A DNA stretch of 64,000 nucleotides, taken from assembly GCA_050289805.1 (NCBI GenBank), contig JBNKGL010000002.1:154643-218642 (forward strand), in the 5' to 3' direction. The DNA is from Cyclobacteriaceae bacterium (GTDB lineage Bacteria > Bacteroidota > Bacteroidia > Cytophagales > Cyclobacteriaceae). Positions within the stretch are counted from its first letter, which is position 1. Every line of letters starts with the position of its first letter. Positions 1 through 10,404 of this stretch are shown here, piece after piece. The translations under genes and the position numbers were made by a program. The notes beneath the pieces were generated by a model. It was given only the letters and a program-made list of their open reading frames with translations. It made no database searches and had not been told where the DNA came from.

Positions 1-1676
1 TTCCGTACACTGCCGGTATATATCCTTTCAAGCGGGAGGGTGAAGATCCTACCCGAATGTTTGCCGGTGAAGGCGGTCCTGAGCGCACAAACCGACGCTT
101 TCACTATGTAAGTCTTGACATGCCGGCTAAGCGGTTGTCAACCGCATTTGATTCTGTAACCCTTTACGGGAATGACCCGGATTACCGCCCCGATATTTAT
201 GGTAAGATCGGGAATTCCGGTGTATCCATCTGTTGCCTGGATGATGCTAAAAAACTGTATTCGGGTTTTAACCTGGCAGACCCCGGAACATCCGTTTCGA
301 TGACGATTAACGGCCCTGCGCCGATGTTGCTTGCCTATTTTATGAATGCGGCGATTGATCAGCAGTGCGAATTGTATATTCGGGAAAATGGTCTTGAAAA
401 AGAAGTAGAGGCGAAGATTGAGCAATTGTACCAGGGTAAACAACGTCCTGCTTACCAGGGGTCGTTGCCGGAGGGAAATGATGGTTTGGGTTTGATGTTA
501 CTTGGTGTGACGGGAGATCAGGTCCTGCCGGCGGATGTATATGAGAAAATTAAGGAGCGAACACTAAGCTCGGTTCGCGGTACGGTGCAGGCCGATATTC
601 TCAAGGAAGACCAGGCGCAGAACACCTGTATTTTTTCAACAGAATTTGCCCTCCGTCTGATGGGGGATGTGCAGGAATATTTTATTGAAAATAATGTCAG
701 GAATTTTTACAGCGTCTCCATTTCGGGATATCACATCGCTGAAGCCGGGGCAAACCCGATTACACAGCTTGCCTTTACCCTGGCCAATGGGTTTACCTAT
801 GTGGAGTACTACCTCAGCAGGGGAATGGATATCAATAAATTTGCTCCGAACCTTTCCTTCTTTTTTTCCAATGGCATTGATCCGGAATATGCGGTAATTG
901 GCAGAGTGGCCCGAAGGATATGGGCAAAGGCCATGCGGGATAAATATGGTGCCGACGCCCGATCGCAGATGCTGAAGTATCATATTCAGACTTCAGGGAG
1001 GTCATTGCATGCCCAGGAGATTGATTTTAATGATATTCGAACAACCCTGCAGGCGTTGTATGCCATCTATGATAATTGCAATTCATTGCATACCAATGCG
1101 TACGATGAAGCCATCACCACACCCACAGAAGAATCAGTACGGCGGGCAATGGCTATCCAGCTTATCATCAACAAAGAACTGGGACTGGCGAAGAATGAAA
1201 ATCCGCTGCAGGGTTCATTCATCATCGAGGAGCTCACAGACCTCGTTGAAGAAGCTGTTCTGATGGAATTTGATCGTATTACGGAGCGTGGAGGTGTGTT
1301 GGGTGCCATGGAGACCATGTATCAGCGCAGCAAGATACAGGAGGAAAGCCTGTACTACGAGACCTTGAAACATAATGGTGAATATCCGATCATCGGGGTA
1401 AACACTTTTTTAAGTTCTAAAGGGTCACCAACCATTATTCCTGGCGAAGTAATAAGGGCCACCACCGAAGAGAAGGAATATCAGATTGCCATGCTCGGTC
1501 GCCTGCATGAACGAAATAGTGAGAAATCCGGATTAGCATTGAAGCAAGTCCAGGAATCTGCCATCCATAATGAGAATATTTTCGCCGAATTGATGGAAGC
1601 AGCCAAAATATGCTCACTCGGTCAGATTACCCACTCACTGTTTGAAGTTGGAGGCCAGTATCGTCGCAATATGTGA
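1..1676 (+). CDS. icmF: IcmF-type (fused isobutyryl-CoA mutase family) acyl-CoA mutase, C-terminal catalytic domain. The 5' end lies outside the window.
   Basis: Frame 3 is open from the window edge, with no stop before the listed ATG at 57. The stretch [35 protein letters not shown]...[13 protein letters not shown] matches what I recognise as the start of the IcmF-type mutase TIM-barrel domain. The ORF is 539+ aa and ends at 1676. Confidence 0.75.
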   Translation, partial: PYTAGIYPFKREGEDPTRMFAGEGGPERTNRRFHYVSLDMPAKRLSTAFDSVTLYGNDPDYRPDIYGKIGNSGVSICCLDDAKKLYSGFNLADPGTSVSMTINGPAPMLLAYFMNAAIDQQCELYIRENGLEKEVEAKIEQLYQGKQRPAYQGSLPEGNDGLGLMLLGVTGDQVLPADVYEKIKERTLSSVRGTVQADILKEDQAQNTCIFSTEFALRLMGDVQEYFIENNVRNFYSVSISGYHIAEAGANPITQLAFTLANGFTYVEYYLSRGMDINKFAPNLSFFFSNGIDPEYAVIGRVARRIWAKAMRDKYGADARSQMLKYHIQTSGRSLHAQEIDFNDIRTTLQALYAIYDNCNSLHTNAYDEAITTPTEESVRRAMAIQLIINKELGLAKNENPLQGSFIIEELTDLVEEAVLMEFDRITERGGVLGAMETMYQRSKIQEESLYYETLKHNGEYPIIGVNTFLSSKGSPTIIPGEVIRATTEEKEYQIAMLGRLHERNSEKSGLALKQVQESAIHNENIFAELMEAAKICSLGQITHSLFEVGGQYRRNM

Positions 1677-2198
1677 TCAGGAATTTCGACTGATTGCATT
1701 TTGAAGATGCGCGAGATGATGGCGGCAATGCCAGCTATACTGCGCCGTGGCTTCATCGAGCGAAAATATGCTATGTTTATGCTCGGGGTGAATATACGTT
1801 CTGGCAAATTCTTCTTCGGTCATATTTTCAAGAAGTGCGGCCCACCGTTTATGGAGTCCTTCAAGTAATTGTACAGACCACCAGAGATTCACAGTTTTTG
1901 TATCATATAATTCTGCCCATTCTGCCTGTTTGTAGGGAAGTATTGTTGGCTGATCTTCAGTAAGTGCCAGTTTAAAGCGGATTACTGCATTCATATGACT
2001 ATCAGCGCAGTGATGGATGAGTTGTTGTATATTCCAGCCACCGGGACGATATGTATAGGTTATACCTTCTGCCGGAAGGGTTTCCAGCAATGTTTTAATC
2101 TTTTCGGGGAAGTTGCGTATGTCTTCTATACGTTCAGCTCTCGTTCTCGTCATTTCCTCGAGACTGAACGGTCCGATGGGATATTTTAGAGGATCCAT
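1677..2198 (-). CDS. DinB/YfiT-family metal-dependent hydrolase (bacillithiol-transferase-like fold)
   Basis: 173 aa. His-rich DinB motifs are present (HHCADSHMN and HCRHHLAHL). Overall YfiT-like length. Convergent with icmF with zero spacing. Confidence 0.75.
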   Translation of the reverse strand: MDPLKYPIGPFSLEEMTRTRAERIEDIRNFPEKIKTLLETLPAEGITYTYRPGGWNIQQLIHHCADSHMNAVIRFKLALTEDQPTILPYKQAEWAELYDTKTVNLWWSVQLLEGLHKRWAALLENMTEEEFARTYIHPEHKHSIFSLDEATAQYSWHCRHHLAHLQNAISRNS

Positions 2199-2294
2199 AA
2201 ATATGGGTATTATTATTGTGAATCTTAATTATTGAATTAGAAGTGCTGATTATGATGCTTTTAATATGTCATGTAAAATGGTAATTTCACACGA

Positions 2295-3311
2295 ATGCAG
2301 CGAATTTTAGTTCTGTTATTTTTTATTTCATCAGCAGTGATGGCTCAGGATGCTCAACCGCTTGAGTACCTGGAGGAGATCAACGATGCCTATGAGCCGG
2401 TACTTAAGCAACAGTGGGAGTTTGCGCGAGCGCTTGCACAGGGACAGCCCGCTGATCTTGTCGACCGGCAAAGGACGTCTCTTCTTACAGAAATTCGGGA
2501 TGCGCGTAATCAAATCCGCAGATTGCCGCCCCATCGCGGGAATTCTGCACTTCGGGATTCAGTAGTTCGCTTTTTAGATATCAGTTATGATGTTGTTCGT
2601 GAGGACTATGCGAAAATCGTTGATATGGAACGAATTTCACAGGATAGTTATGACAAGATGGAAACATATCTTCGGGCACAGGAAGAGGCATATGTAAAAA
2701 TGAGTTCAGCTGCCCGTGCTATGAAAAAATCTGAAGAAGATTTCGCGAAGAAATTTGGTATCAGGCTGGTTAATTCTGATGATAAATTCGCCCAGAAATT
2801 AAAAGAACTAAATGAAACGTTCACTTACTATAACCGCATTTACCTGGCATTTTTCAATGCCTATCAGCAGGAGCTGCAGATGTTCAGGGCCGTTGAAAAG
2901 CAGGATGCCGAATCTATAGACCTGGAGCGCCGAAAATTGAAGATCCTGGTGGAATCGGGACTGGAAAGCCTGGATCGTGCGGGTTCTTACAAGGGCGACA
3001 GAACGCTTAAATCAACGGCGGCGGAGAATCTGCGATTTTACGAGGAGGAGTCGGGCGAGCGCCTTCAGCCCATGGTTGACTATTATAAATCCCTGGACGA
3101 ATTAAAAAGATTGAAGAATTCGCTGGAATCTGATTTATCGCCTGAAAGACGTAAGGAGCTTACCGATCAGTATAATCGGCAGGTTCGTGAGATCAATGAG
3201 TCTGCCGCAAAGCTGGATGCACTCAGCGAGGAACTTAACGATGAGCGTGCCCTTCACCTCGATAAATGGAATCGTGTTTCAGAGGCGTTCCTCAGAAAAT
3301 TTATTGATTAG
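2295..3311 (+). CDS. Hypothetical secreted coiled-coil protein
   Basis: 338 aa with an ATG start. N-terminal signal peptide MQRILVLLFFISSAVMAQ. Long, charged, helix-prone sequence. No family recognised. Confidence 0.6.
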   Translation: MQRILVLLFFISSAVMAQDAQPLEYLEEINDAYEPVLKQQWEFARALAQGQPADLVDRQRTSLLTEIRDARNQIRRLPPHRGNSALRDSVVRFLDISYDVVREDYAKIVDMERISQDSYDKMETYLRAQEEAYVKMSSAARAMKKSEEDFAKKFGIRLVNSDDKFAQKLKELNETFTYYNRIYLAFFNAYQQELQMFRAVEKQDAESIDLERRKLKILVESGLESLDRAGSYKGDRTLKSTAAENLRFYEEESGERLQPMVDYYKSLDELKRLKNSLESDLSPERRKELTDQYNRQVREINESAAKLDALSEELNDERALHLDKWNRVSEAFLRKFID

Positions 3312-3400
3312 TTTTTCTTGTGGGCGTTCACCGCGGTAAAATAAAATGACGGAGAGGGGCGCCTTCGCATTTTTCCACTGATATCTATTTGAACTTTTCC

Positions 3401-3408
3401 TATATTTG
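3401..3408 (+). promoter_or_regulatory. Bacteroidota-type -7 box (TAnnTTTG) for pyrR-pyrB
   Basis: Exact TATATTTG, 8 nt upstream of the pyrR ATG. Confidence 0.4.
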
Positions 3409-3415
3409 TCCAGCC

Positions 3416-3964
3416 ATGCAGCGCAAACTCATATTAGATACCCCGCTTTTGGATATAACCATCAACAGGTTATGCCAGCAACTGATTGAAGCACACGGCA
3501 ATTTTAACGACACTGTTATCCTCGGTCTTCAACCGCGTGGGGTTTATCTCGCTGACCTGGTGCATCAGAACCTCGAAAAGGAAACGAATCGAAAAATCCC
3601 CCTGGGATACCTTGATACTACATTTTACCGTGATGATTTCCGCAGAAGGGATACCCCTGTAAAGGCGAATGCTACCGAGGTTTCATTTATTATTGAAGAT
3701 AAAAATGTTGTTCTGATCGATGATGTACTCTATACCGGCCGGTCGGTACGCGCTGCCCTGGATGCGATGATCGCGTTTGGAAGACCCCGGAAAGTAGAGT
3801 TGCTCGTTTTAATAAATCGTAAATATACCCGTGAACTCCCCATTGAAGCTGATTATATCGGAAGCAGTGTAAACACAATGGAATCCCAGCGTGTACTGGT
3901 TGAATGGAAGGTGCAGGGTCATAAAACAAATAAAATCTGGTTGACCAATAAGGAATTGAAATAA
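3416..3964 (+). CDS. pyrR: Bifunctional pyrimidine operon regulator / uracil phosphoribosyltransferase PyrR
   Basis: PRPP-binding motif VVLIDDVLYTGRSVRAALDAM with PyrR-like length. The listed ORF begins at a TTG (3389), but an exact TAnnTTTG box at 3401-3408 lies inside that extension, so the ATG at 3416 is preferred. pyrB follows after 1 nt. Confidence 0.85.
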   Translation: MQRKLILDTPLLDITINRLCQQLIEAHGNFNDTVILGLQPRGVYLADLVHQNLEKETNRKIPLGYLDTTFYRDDFRRRDTPVKANATEVSFIIEDKNVVLIDDVLYTGRSVRAALDAMIAFGRPRKVELLVLINRKYTRELPIEADYIGSSVNTMESQRVLVEWKVQGHKTNKIWLTNKELK

Positions 3965-3965
3965 G

Positions 3966-4892
3966 ATGTCGCAACTGAGTCAGAAGCATTTACTGGGAAT
4001 CAAGGATATCACAAAAGCGGATATGGATTTGATTTTCCAGACGGCAAAAAGTTTCAAAGAAGTAATCAACCGACCCATCAAGAAAGTTCCTTCCCTCAGG
4101 GACATTACCATCGCTAATGTCTTTTTTGAGAATAGTACAAGGACACGGCTGTCCTTTGAACTGGCCGAAAAAAGGCTGTCAGCCGATGTGATCAATTTTT
4201 CTTCCTCCAGCAGTTCTGTGAAAAAGGGAGAAACGCTCCTTGATACAGTCAATAATATCCTGGCGATGAAAGTTGATATGGTGGTGATGCGACATAGCAG
4301 TCCGGGAGCTCCCCATTTTCTGGCCAAGCATATTGATGCGAATATTGTGAATGCCGGAGACGGTACGCATGAGCATCCAACGCAGGCCTTGCTTGATACA
4401 TTTTCCATCCTGGAGAAATACGGCAGTCTCGAAGGACTTAAAGTCGCGATCATTGGCGATATACTGCATTCGAGGGTTGCCATATCAAATATTTTTGCCC
4501 TCCGGAAAATGGGTGCGCAGGTAATGGTATGCGGCCCTAATACGCTGCTGCCGAAATATATCGCCGAGCTGGGAGTTCAGGTTGAACTTGATGTTAAAAA
4601 GGCTCTTCAATGGTGCGATGTAGCTAATGTACTGCGCATTCAGTTGGAGCGGCAGCAGATTAAATATTTTCCATCACTTCGGGAGTATAGCCTTTATTAT
4701 GGCATCAACAAGCGCTTGCTGAGCGAAATTGATCATCAGATCACCATCATGCATCCCGGCCCGATCAACAGGGGCGTAGAACTCAACAGTGATGTTGCGG
4801 ATTCCGACCATAGCATTATCCTGGAACAGGTTGAAAACGGAGTTGCGGTAAGGATGGCGGTTCTGTATCTTCTGGCGGGCAAGCAGGGATAA
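3966..4892 (+). CDS. pyrB: Aspartate carbamoyltransferase catalytic subunit
   Basis: Motifs ENSTRTRLSFE (carbamoyl-phosphate binding), HEHPTQALLD and MHPGPINRG. 308 aa. Confidence 0.95.
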   Translation: MSQLSQKHLLGIKDITKADMDLIFQTAKSFKEVINRPIKKVPSLRDITIANVFFENSTRTRLSFELAEKRLSADVINFSSSSSSVKKGETLLDTVNNILAMKVDMVVMRHSSPGAPHFLAKHIDANIVNAGDGTHEHPTQALLDTFSILEKYGSLEGLKVAIIGDILHSRVAISNIFALRKMGAQVMVCGPNTLLPKYIAELGVQVELDVKKALQWCDVANVLRIQLERQQIKYFPSLREYSLYYGINKRLLSEIDHQITIMHPGPINRGVELNSDVADSDHSIILEQVENGVAVRMAVLYLLAGKQG

Positions 4893-4926
4893 CGAACATT
4901 CTTGCTGGAATGCACGTAATTCTTTC

Positions 4927-4934
4927 TACTTTTG
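4927..4934 (+). promoter_or_regulatory. -7 box (TAnnTTTG) for the CBS-domain PLP enzyme gene
   Basis: Exact TACTTTTG, 21 nt upstream of the ATG at 4956. Confidence 0.4.
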
Positions 4935-4955
4935 TTAATGAAATAAACACCTTCC

Positions 4956-6326
4956 ATGTACTACAATTCAATCATCGAAACTATCGGCAACACCCCAATG
5001 GTAAAGCTGAACAGCGTTAACAGGGGAATCAAGGGCACTATCCTTGTGAAAGTCGAATATTTTAATCCCGGGAATTCAATGAAAGACCGCATGGCCCTCA
5101 AAATGATTGAGGATGCTGAAAAGGATGGGCGGCTGAAGCCTGGAGGTACTATCATCGAGGGCACCTCCGGAAATACGGGAATGGGTCTGGCACTAACGGC
5201 AATTGCAAAGGGTTATAAATGCATATTCACCCTTGCAGATAAGCAGTCACAGGAGAAAATTGATATTCTTCGTGCTGTCGGGGCAGAAGTAATTGTGTGT
5301 CCTACGAATGTGGCTTCCGATGATCCCCGATCTTATTATTCAGTGGCGAAGAAGCTGAATAATGATATACCTAATTCATTTTATCCGAACCAATATGATA
5401 ATTTATCCAATACGGTGGCTCACTACGAGACAACCGGACCGGAGATATGGGAGCAGACTGAAGGACAGATCACGCACTATGCGGCGGGAGTAGGAACGGG
5501 TGGTTCCATGTGTGGAACCGCAAAATTCCTGAAGGAACAAAACCCTTCTATTGTTTCGGTTGGGATTGATACCTATGGATCCGTTTTTAAAAAATATAAG
5601 GAAACTGGTGTATTCGATGAGAATGAGATTTATCCGTACCTCACCGAGGGGATCGGGGAAGATATCCTTCCAAAGAATGTTGACTTTGACCTCATTGATA
5701 CCTTTATAAAGGTAACAGATAAGGACGGGGCTATTATGACCCGAAGGCTTGCCAGGGAGGAAGGATTATTTGTAGGCTGGTCATGCGGATCTGCCGTGCA
5801 CGGTGCTCTTGAATATGCGCGCGAACACCTTACCGATGACGATATGATGGTTATCATTCTTCCGGATCATGGAACGCGTTACCTGGGCAAAATTTATAAT
5901 GATAACTGGATGAAGGATCATGGTTTCTATGAGGCGCGTGATTTTGCTACTGCGAAAGATATTATCGTCAGTAAGAACGGACAGGATCGGTTATTTACCG
6001 TATCCAGGGAAACCAAGGTAGGGGATGTGATCAGAATGTTGAATTCAAATGGTATTGACCAGGTACCGGTTATAGATGGTGATCATTTTGTAGGAAGCAT
6101 TACTACCGGAAAAATCCTGGAGACCCTGGTGGAAAGACCGGAATGCAAGGATGAGCCGGTAGATAACATAATGGATGATCCCATGCCATTTGTGGCAATG
6201 GATAATACACTGGATGTATTGTCTTCCATGATGAATAAAAATACAAAGGCGGTTCTTGTAAGGGACCACAATGACGATGTTCACATCGTTACACAGCATG
6301 ACTTATTAGCCGCGATTACCGGATAA
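4956..6326 (+). CDS. Cystathionine beta-synthase / cysteine-synthase-fold PLP enzyme with a C-terminal CBS-domain pair
   Basis: PLP-lysine region YFNPGNSMKDRMAL and glycine loop GTSGNTGMGLA. The C-terminal ~120 aa has CBS-pair character. 456 aa. Confidence 0.85.
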   Translation: MYYNSIIETIGNTPMVKLNSVNRGIKGTILVKVEYFNPGNSMKDRMALKMIEDAEKDGRLKPGGTIIEGTSGNTGMGLALTAIAKGYKCIFTLADKQSQEKIDILRAVGAEVIVCPTNVASDDPRSYYSVAKKLNNDIPNSFYPNQYDNLSNTVAHYETTGPEIWEQTEGQITHYAAGVGTGGSMCGTAKFLKEQNPSIVSVGIDTYGSVFKKYKETGVFDENEIYPYLTEGIGEDILPKNVDFDLIDTFIKVTDKDGAIMTRRLAREEGLFVGWSCGSAVHGALEYAREHLTDDDMMVIILPDHGTRYLGKIYNDNWMKDHGFYEARDFATAKDIIVSKNGQDRLFTVSRETKVGDVIRMLNSNGIDQVPVIDGDHFVGSITTGKILETLVERPECKDEPVDNIMDDPMPFVAMDNTLDVLSSMMNKNTKAVLVRDHNDDVHIVTQHDLLAAITG

Positions 6327-6389
6327 AACTGGCACGGTCCTTGTAATTAATTTATCGGTTGATAACATGTTTAAGTAAGTTTTGGGAGG

Positions 6390-6418
6390 ACCCCGGTCAT
6401 ATGGACCGGGGTTTTTTT
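6390..6418 (+). terminator. Rho-independent terminator after the CBS-domain PLP enzyme gene
   Basis: 9-bp GC-rich stem ACCCCGGTC / GACCGGGGT with a 5-nt loop, followed by T7. Confidence 0.8.
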
Positions 6419-6508
6419 ATGTTCAGAATTTGAATTTGCAACAAAGTAAATCTGCTGATTATCAACAGAATGGTTAATTTTCAAAGGATTGAAAAATGTC
6501 AACTTCTC

Positions 6509-7513
6509 ATGCGTAAAATCCTCCTAATTTTCCTGCCTGCCGCGTTTATTCTCTTTGGATGTGATTCAAATTCATCTTTCAGAACCAGTACTGTAGATCC
6601 GCTTCCATCATGGCAGGGTCAGTCAAAAGCTGCGATCATTGAATTTGTGGAATCTGTTACGAACGAAGGTGGGGGACACTTTGTACCGCCGGCAGACAGG
6701 ATTGCAACGTTTGATAATGATGGCACCCTTTGGGCTGAACAGCCCATGTATTTCCAGCTTATTTTTGCATTTGACCGGGTCAAGGCCCTGGCAGAATCTC
6801 ATCCTGAATGGCAGGACGACTCATTAATGACAGCTGCGGTGCGCGGTGATGTTGAGACGGTGGCCGGATATGGCATGGGTGGATTGATGAAGATAATTGC
6901 GGCTTCACATTCGGGGATGACGACTTCGGAATTCGAAAAAATCGTGTTGGACTGGATGGAATCGGCTCGTCATCCCGTCACAGGAAGAAAATATACCGAT
7001 ATGGTTTATCAGCCTATGCTGGAATTGATGGCCTATCTCAGGGCAAATAAGTTCAAAACATTCATTGTATCGGGCGGAGGTATTGAATTCATGCGGCCTT
7101 GGGCTGAAGCTGTTTATGGAATTCCTCCTGAACAGGTAATGGGCAGCAGCATAAAGGTTGAATGGGAGGAATCAGGGGATAGCTTCGTTCTCAGAAGACT
7201 TCCGGAGCTGAATTTTATTGATGATAAGGAAGGAAAACCTGTTGGCATACATTATTTTATCGGTAAGAAACCACTGGCAGCATTTGGTAATTCCGATGGA
7301 GACCTGCAAATGCTTCAATGGACCGACAGCCGTGAGGGACCTTCTTTTCAAATGTATATTCATCATACGGATGCAGAGCGTGAATGGGCATACGACAGGG
7401 GATCCCACATCGGAGGCTTTGATAAAGGCCTTGACATAGCCCGGGAGAAGGGCTGGACTATCGTGGATATGAAGAATGAGTGGAAGGTAATTTATCCTCC
7501 CACTCCAGAATAA
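6509..7513 (+). CDS. HAD-superfamily hydrolase, probable lipoprotein
   Basis: HAD motif I FDNDGTLW and motif IV GNSDGDLQML. Signal/lipobox MRKILLIFLPAAFILFGC from the ATG at 6509. An upstream in-frame ATG at 6470 is the alternative start. Confidence 0.75.
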   Translation: MRKILLIFLPAAFILFGCDSNSSFRTSTVDPLPSWQGQSKAAIIEFVESVTNEGGGHFVPPADRIATFDNDGTLWAEQPMYFQLIFAFDRVKALAESHPEWQDDSLMTAAVRGDVETVAGYGMGGLMKIIAASHSGMTTSEFEKIVLDWMESARHPVTGRKYTDMVYQPMLELMAYLRANKFKTFIVSGGGIEFMRPWAEAVYGIPPEQVMGSSIKVEWEESGDSFVLRRLPELNFIDDKEGKPVGIHYFIGKKPLAAFGNSDGDLQMLQWTDSREGPSFQMYIHHTDAEREWAYDRGSHIGGFDKGLDIAREKGWTIVDMKNEWKVIYPPTPE

Positions 7514-7515
7514 TA

Positions 7516-9315
7516 TTATTCTTTTTTCTTTGCGGCAAATGTTCCATTGGGCTGAATGAATACTGCCTCGGAAATATTTCCGGAATCGTCTGAAGAGAAT
7601 TTTACATTAAATCCATCAAGTCCTTTGATTGCGAAAGCATCCTTACCTGTTGGTATGAGCGTATACTCCGGCTGATTTGGCACAACCAGGTGTAATTCAT
7701 CATTTTTCATAAAAAATTTAGCTACCATGCCGGCCAGCTCATACTCACCTGAATATTTTTCAAGTTCCGCAACCTCCATTTTTACTGCTTCAACCGCCCG
7801 CTTAAAAAGGATCGGATCCAGTGTTGGTTCAATGTTCATGGTAAATCCGGAAATGTCACCACTTGCATCTGTTTGAAAGACAACACGAAGCAAGCTGGAA
7901 GTTGTGTCGATGCCATACTTATTAATAAAATGCGGTTCAAATACATCATAATGATAGTGTTCCAGCCAGAGGGACGCATCGTTGGATGAACCGAACAATG
8001 AATCATTCTTAAGGGTTATCCGCATCTTGCCGGCAGCAGGGTTTTCATAGCTGCCGGTATATTCAGTAATGGGATGAGAAAGCTGAGTATTCTCCCGTCG
8101 GTTGGAGCTTGTCGACTTCACTGTTTCCTTTTGTGCTGCGAGTTGCTTATCCCGTTGTGACTTCACCTGATCACTCCAGTTGATGGCTTTCAATCCCAGC
8201 ATGCGGTCGGCAACCATATTTCGAACGATGCCGGGAATAGTAGAACCATTTTGATTGGTGAGTACCACGATACCGATGCTGTCTGTAGGGAAAAACGAGG
8301 TGCTTGCCGAAAAACCATCAATATTTCCCCCGTGTTCGACCCGGTAGTGTCCACGATAGGAAGACAGGAACCATCCGTAGCCATAGTTGGAAAGAAAAGC
8401 ATCCGGCACTTCAGCCGATGGCAATCCTCCACCCACAACCATCTGGGAGCTCATGGCTTCCCGGGCATAATCAGCCGGTATGATTTCTTTGCCATCTAAT
8501 TTTCCTCCGTTGATCCAGACTTTTAGCCAGGAAGCCATTTCATTCACGCTGCTGTTGATACTTCCGGCTGGTGCCATTGCCCTGATCTCATAATAATCCA
8601 TGGGACGGATGATCTCATCATTTTTTACCTCATAACCTGTGGCATGATCGGCACGGCTTGTCATTTCCTCAATATCCACGGCTGCAGTGTTCATTCCCAA
8701 TGGCTTAAAAAAATGTTCCTTTATATTTTCCTCCCAGGATTTGCCGGTAATTTTTTCGGCGATAACTCCCTGCGCCAGGAACATGAAATTGTTGTATTGC
8801 CATTGTTCCCGGACCCCGAATGTAGGCTCCTGATATTGAAGTCTGGCCATAAGGCTGTCACGGTTATCAGTTGGAAAAAAATACCACGAATAATCATGCC
8901 GGGGAAGGCCGGTGCGATGGCACATGAGATCCCGAATGGTGATCCCATCATTCATTTCATTGTTATAGAATTTGAGCTCAGGAATATATTTTGCAGGAGG
9001 ATCATCGAATGTCAGATCGGTTTCACTGCGCAAAATTCCAAGAAGCGAAGAGGTAAACGCCTTACTGCAAGATCCGATGGCAAAAAGGGTGTTGGCAGTA
9101 ACGGGAAGATCCTGTTCAATATTGCGCTTTCCGAAACCTGCCGAATAGAGTACTTTATTTCCCTCCACAATTGCAACTGCAAATCCGGGCGCTTTCCAGG
9201 TGTCCAGAAGTTGTTCAAATTCTTTCTCTATTCCTTTCAGTCGCTTGTCCGTCACCTGAGAAAAAGACAGGAACGGAACAAGACAAAATATTATCAGTAG
9301 TCGGGTAACTTTCAT
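7516..9315 (-). CDS. Serine hydrolase of the beta-lactamase (class C / PBP-like) family with a C-terminal extension
   Basis: Signal peptide, SxxK motif (GSCSKAF) and YxN (YNN). 599 aa. Confidence 0.85.
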   Translation of the reverse strand: MKVTRLLIIFCLVPFLSFSQVTDKRLKGIEKEFEQLLDTWKAPGFAVAIVEGNKVLYSAGFGKRNIEQDLPVTANTLFAIGSCSKAFTSSLLGILRSETDLTFDDPPAKYIPELKFYNNEMNDGITIRDLMCHRTGLPRHDYSWYFFPTDNRDSLMARLQYQEPTFGVREQWQYNNFMFLAQGVIAEKITGKSWEENIKEHFFKPLGMNTAAVDIEEMTSRADHATGYEVKNDEIIRPMDYYEIRAMAPAGSINSSVNEMASWLKVWINGGKLDGKEIIPADYAREAMSSQMVVGGGLPSAEVPDAFLSNYGYGWFLSSYRGHYRVEHGGNIDGFSASTSFFPTDSIGIVVLTNQNGSTIPGIVRNMVADRMLGLKAINWSDQVKSQRDKQLAAQKETVKSTSSNRRENTQLSHPITEYTGSYENPAAGKMRITLKNDSLFGSSNDASLWLEHYHYDVFEPHFINKYGIDTTSSLLRVVFQTDASGDISGFTMNIEPTLDPILFKRAVEAVKMEVAELEKYSGEYELAGMVAKFFMKNDELHLVVPNQPEYTLIPTGKDAFAIKGLDGFNVKFSSDDSGNISEAVFIQPNGTFAAKKKE

Positions 9316-9540
9316 ATGTACACAATTTATTAGCCTGATAATAAGGTACTAAAAAAGAAGAAACGACCATAGATTTTTCCCCGTTGGTAAAAAATAATTT
9401 ACTCCAATATTACTTTTTCCCATTTGGGATATTGTGGTAAATATGAATGTTGATGGGGTAGGAAAGAAAAAGGGATATACAGTATGTCATCACGGGGTTA
9501 TCTGCCTTGATGACTTTCTCTGATAAATTCCATAAACCTT

Positions 9541-9702
9541 TTATCTCTTTATTGCCTTGCTTACCAGTGAGATCACAAATAAGATGAGGAAAATAAAGAA
9601 CAGAATTTTGGCTATACCTGCAGCACTTTCAGAAATGCCGCCAAAACCAAAAACTGCCGCGATCAGAGCGATGATTAGAAATATAATGGACCAGCGTAGC
9701 AT
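9541..9702 (-). CDS. DUF1328 (UPF0391) small membrane protein. It is below the ORF-track length cutoff.
   Basis: My own translation of the minus strand gives ATG...TAA, 53 aa: [53 protein letters not shown]. It has two TM helices and the family-typical [19 protein letters not shown] core. Confidence 0.7.
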   Translation of the reverse strand: MLRWSIIFLIIALIAAVFGFGGISESAAGIAKILFFIFLILFVISLVSKAIKR

Positions 9703-9744
9703 TTGAATAAGGTACGAATTTTGAATCGTATTGAAAAGAATTAT

Positions 9745-10404
9745 TTACCGGATCGGAAGATTGGATTTTTTTCTGAGTTTTTTCAGCGCATAACTGATGG
9801 CATCTTTCTGGATTTTGGAATTTGCCCGGTTAATAACCATTTGATTCGTGTCATCATCAAAATCAGATTCATCAGGAGTGGTTTCCCATGCACTAACCTT
9901 ATGCCTGTAAATCATATTGCCATCCGGAACTTCATAAACGATAAGTTCAACATTGGCAAAGTTGTTTTCATTATCCTCTCCATCGGCGCCAATCGAAAAG
10001 CCGCCACCTTCATCTTCATTACCTTCGAGCTTCAGCTGAAGTACATATTTGAACCTTTTATCGCATAATGTGGACAGCATCTTTCCGTCGGAAGCATCGA
10101 TATCAGCCGGAGCAAGTTGGTTGGCTTGAGCTGCTGACAAAAACATGGTTGAATCTCCGATCCGCTTTTCGGAAAGGCTGATGATCATTTCCGTAAGTTT
10201 AATGCGGCTTTCCTCGGACACATTCGTGGCAAGCGTATTGATGAGCCAGCTGGAGGATTCAAAATGAACATCGCCCGGCGTTAGATAATCGTCCTCATAC
10301 GCCGTTGATGACGACTTCACCTGTGTGATGCTGCTGCATCCCGTGAAATGCAAAAGGACCATTGATAGCAGTCCCAGAGATACCATGGAACGAAAAATAA
10401 ACAC
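9745..10404 (-). CDS. Hypothetical lipoprotein
   Basis: 219 aa with lipobox LLHFTGCSS. The start is either GTG at 10404 (1-nt overlap with the upstream stop) or ATG at 10386. No family recognised. Confidence 0.6.
   Translation of the reverse strand: MFIFRSMVSLGLLSMVLLHFTGCSSITQVKSSSTAYEDDYLTPGDVHFESSSWLINTLATNVSEESRIKLTEMIISLSEKRIGDSTMFLSAAQANQLAPADIDASDGKMLSTLCDKRFKYVLQLKLEGNEDEGGGFSIGADGEDNENNFANVELIVYEVPDGNMIYRHKVSAWETTPDESDFDDDTNQMVINRANSKIQKDAISYALKKLRKKSNLPIR

Noticed and set aside
3335-3380. A possible PyrR-binding / attenuator element lies upstream of pyrR. The sequence ATGACGGAGAGGGGCGCC contains a GAGAGG core reminiscent of the Bacillus PyrR binding loop.
   Set aside because: Only the 6-nt core matches. 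I could not fold a convincing anti-antiterminator or terminator pair, because the only nearby stem is 3 bp before a T5. The Firmicute motif is not established for Bacteroidota. An Rfam RF00515 scan would settle it.
9486-9514. A hairpin GTCATCA-N15-TGATGAC lies downstream of the DUF1328 gene and might be a minus-strand terminator.
   Set aside because: It has a 7-bp AT-moderate stem with a large 15-nt loop. On the minus strand it is not followed directly by a U-run. The evidence is too weak to call.
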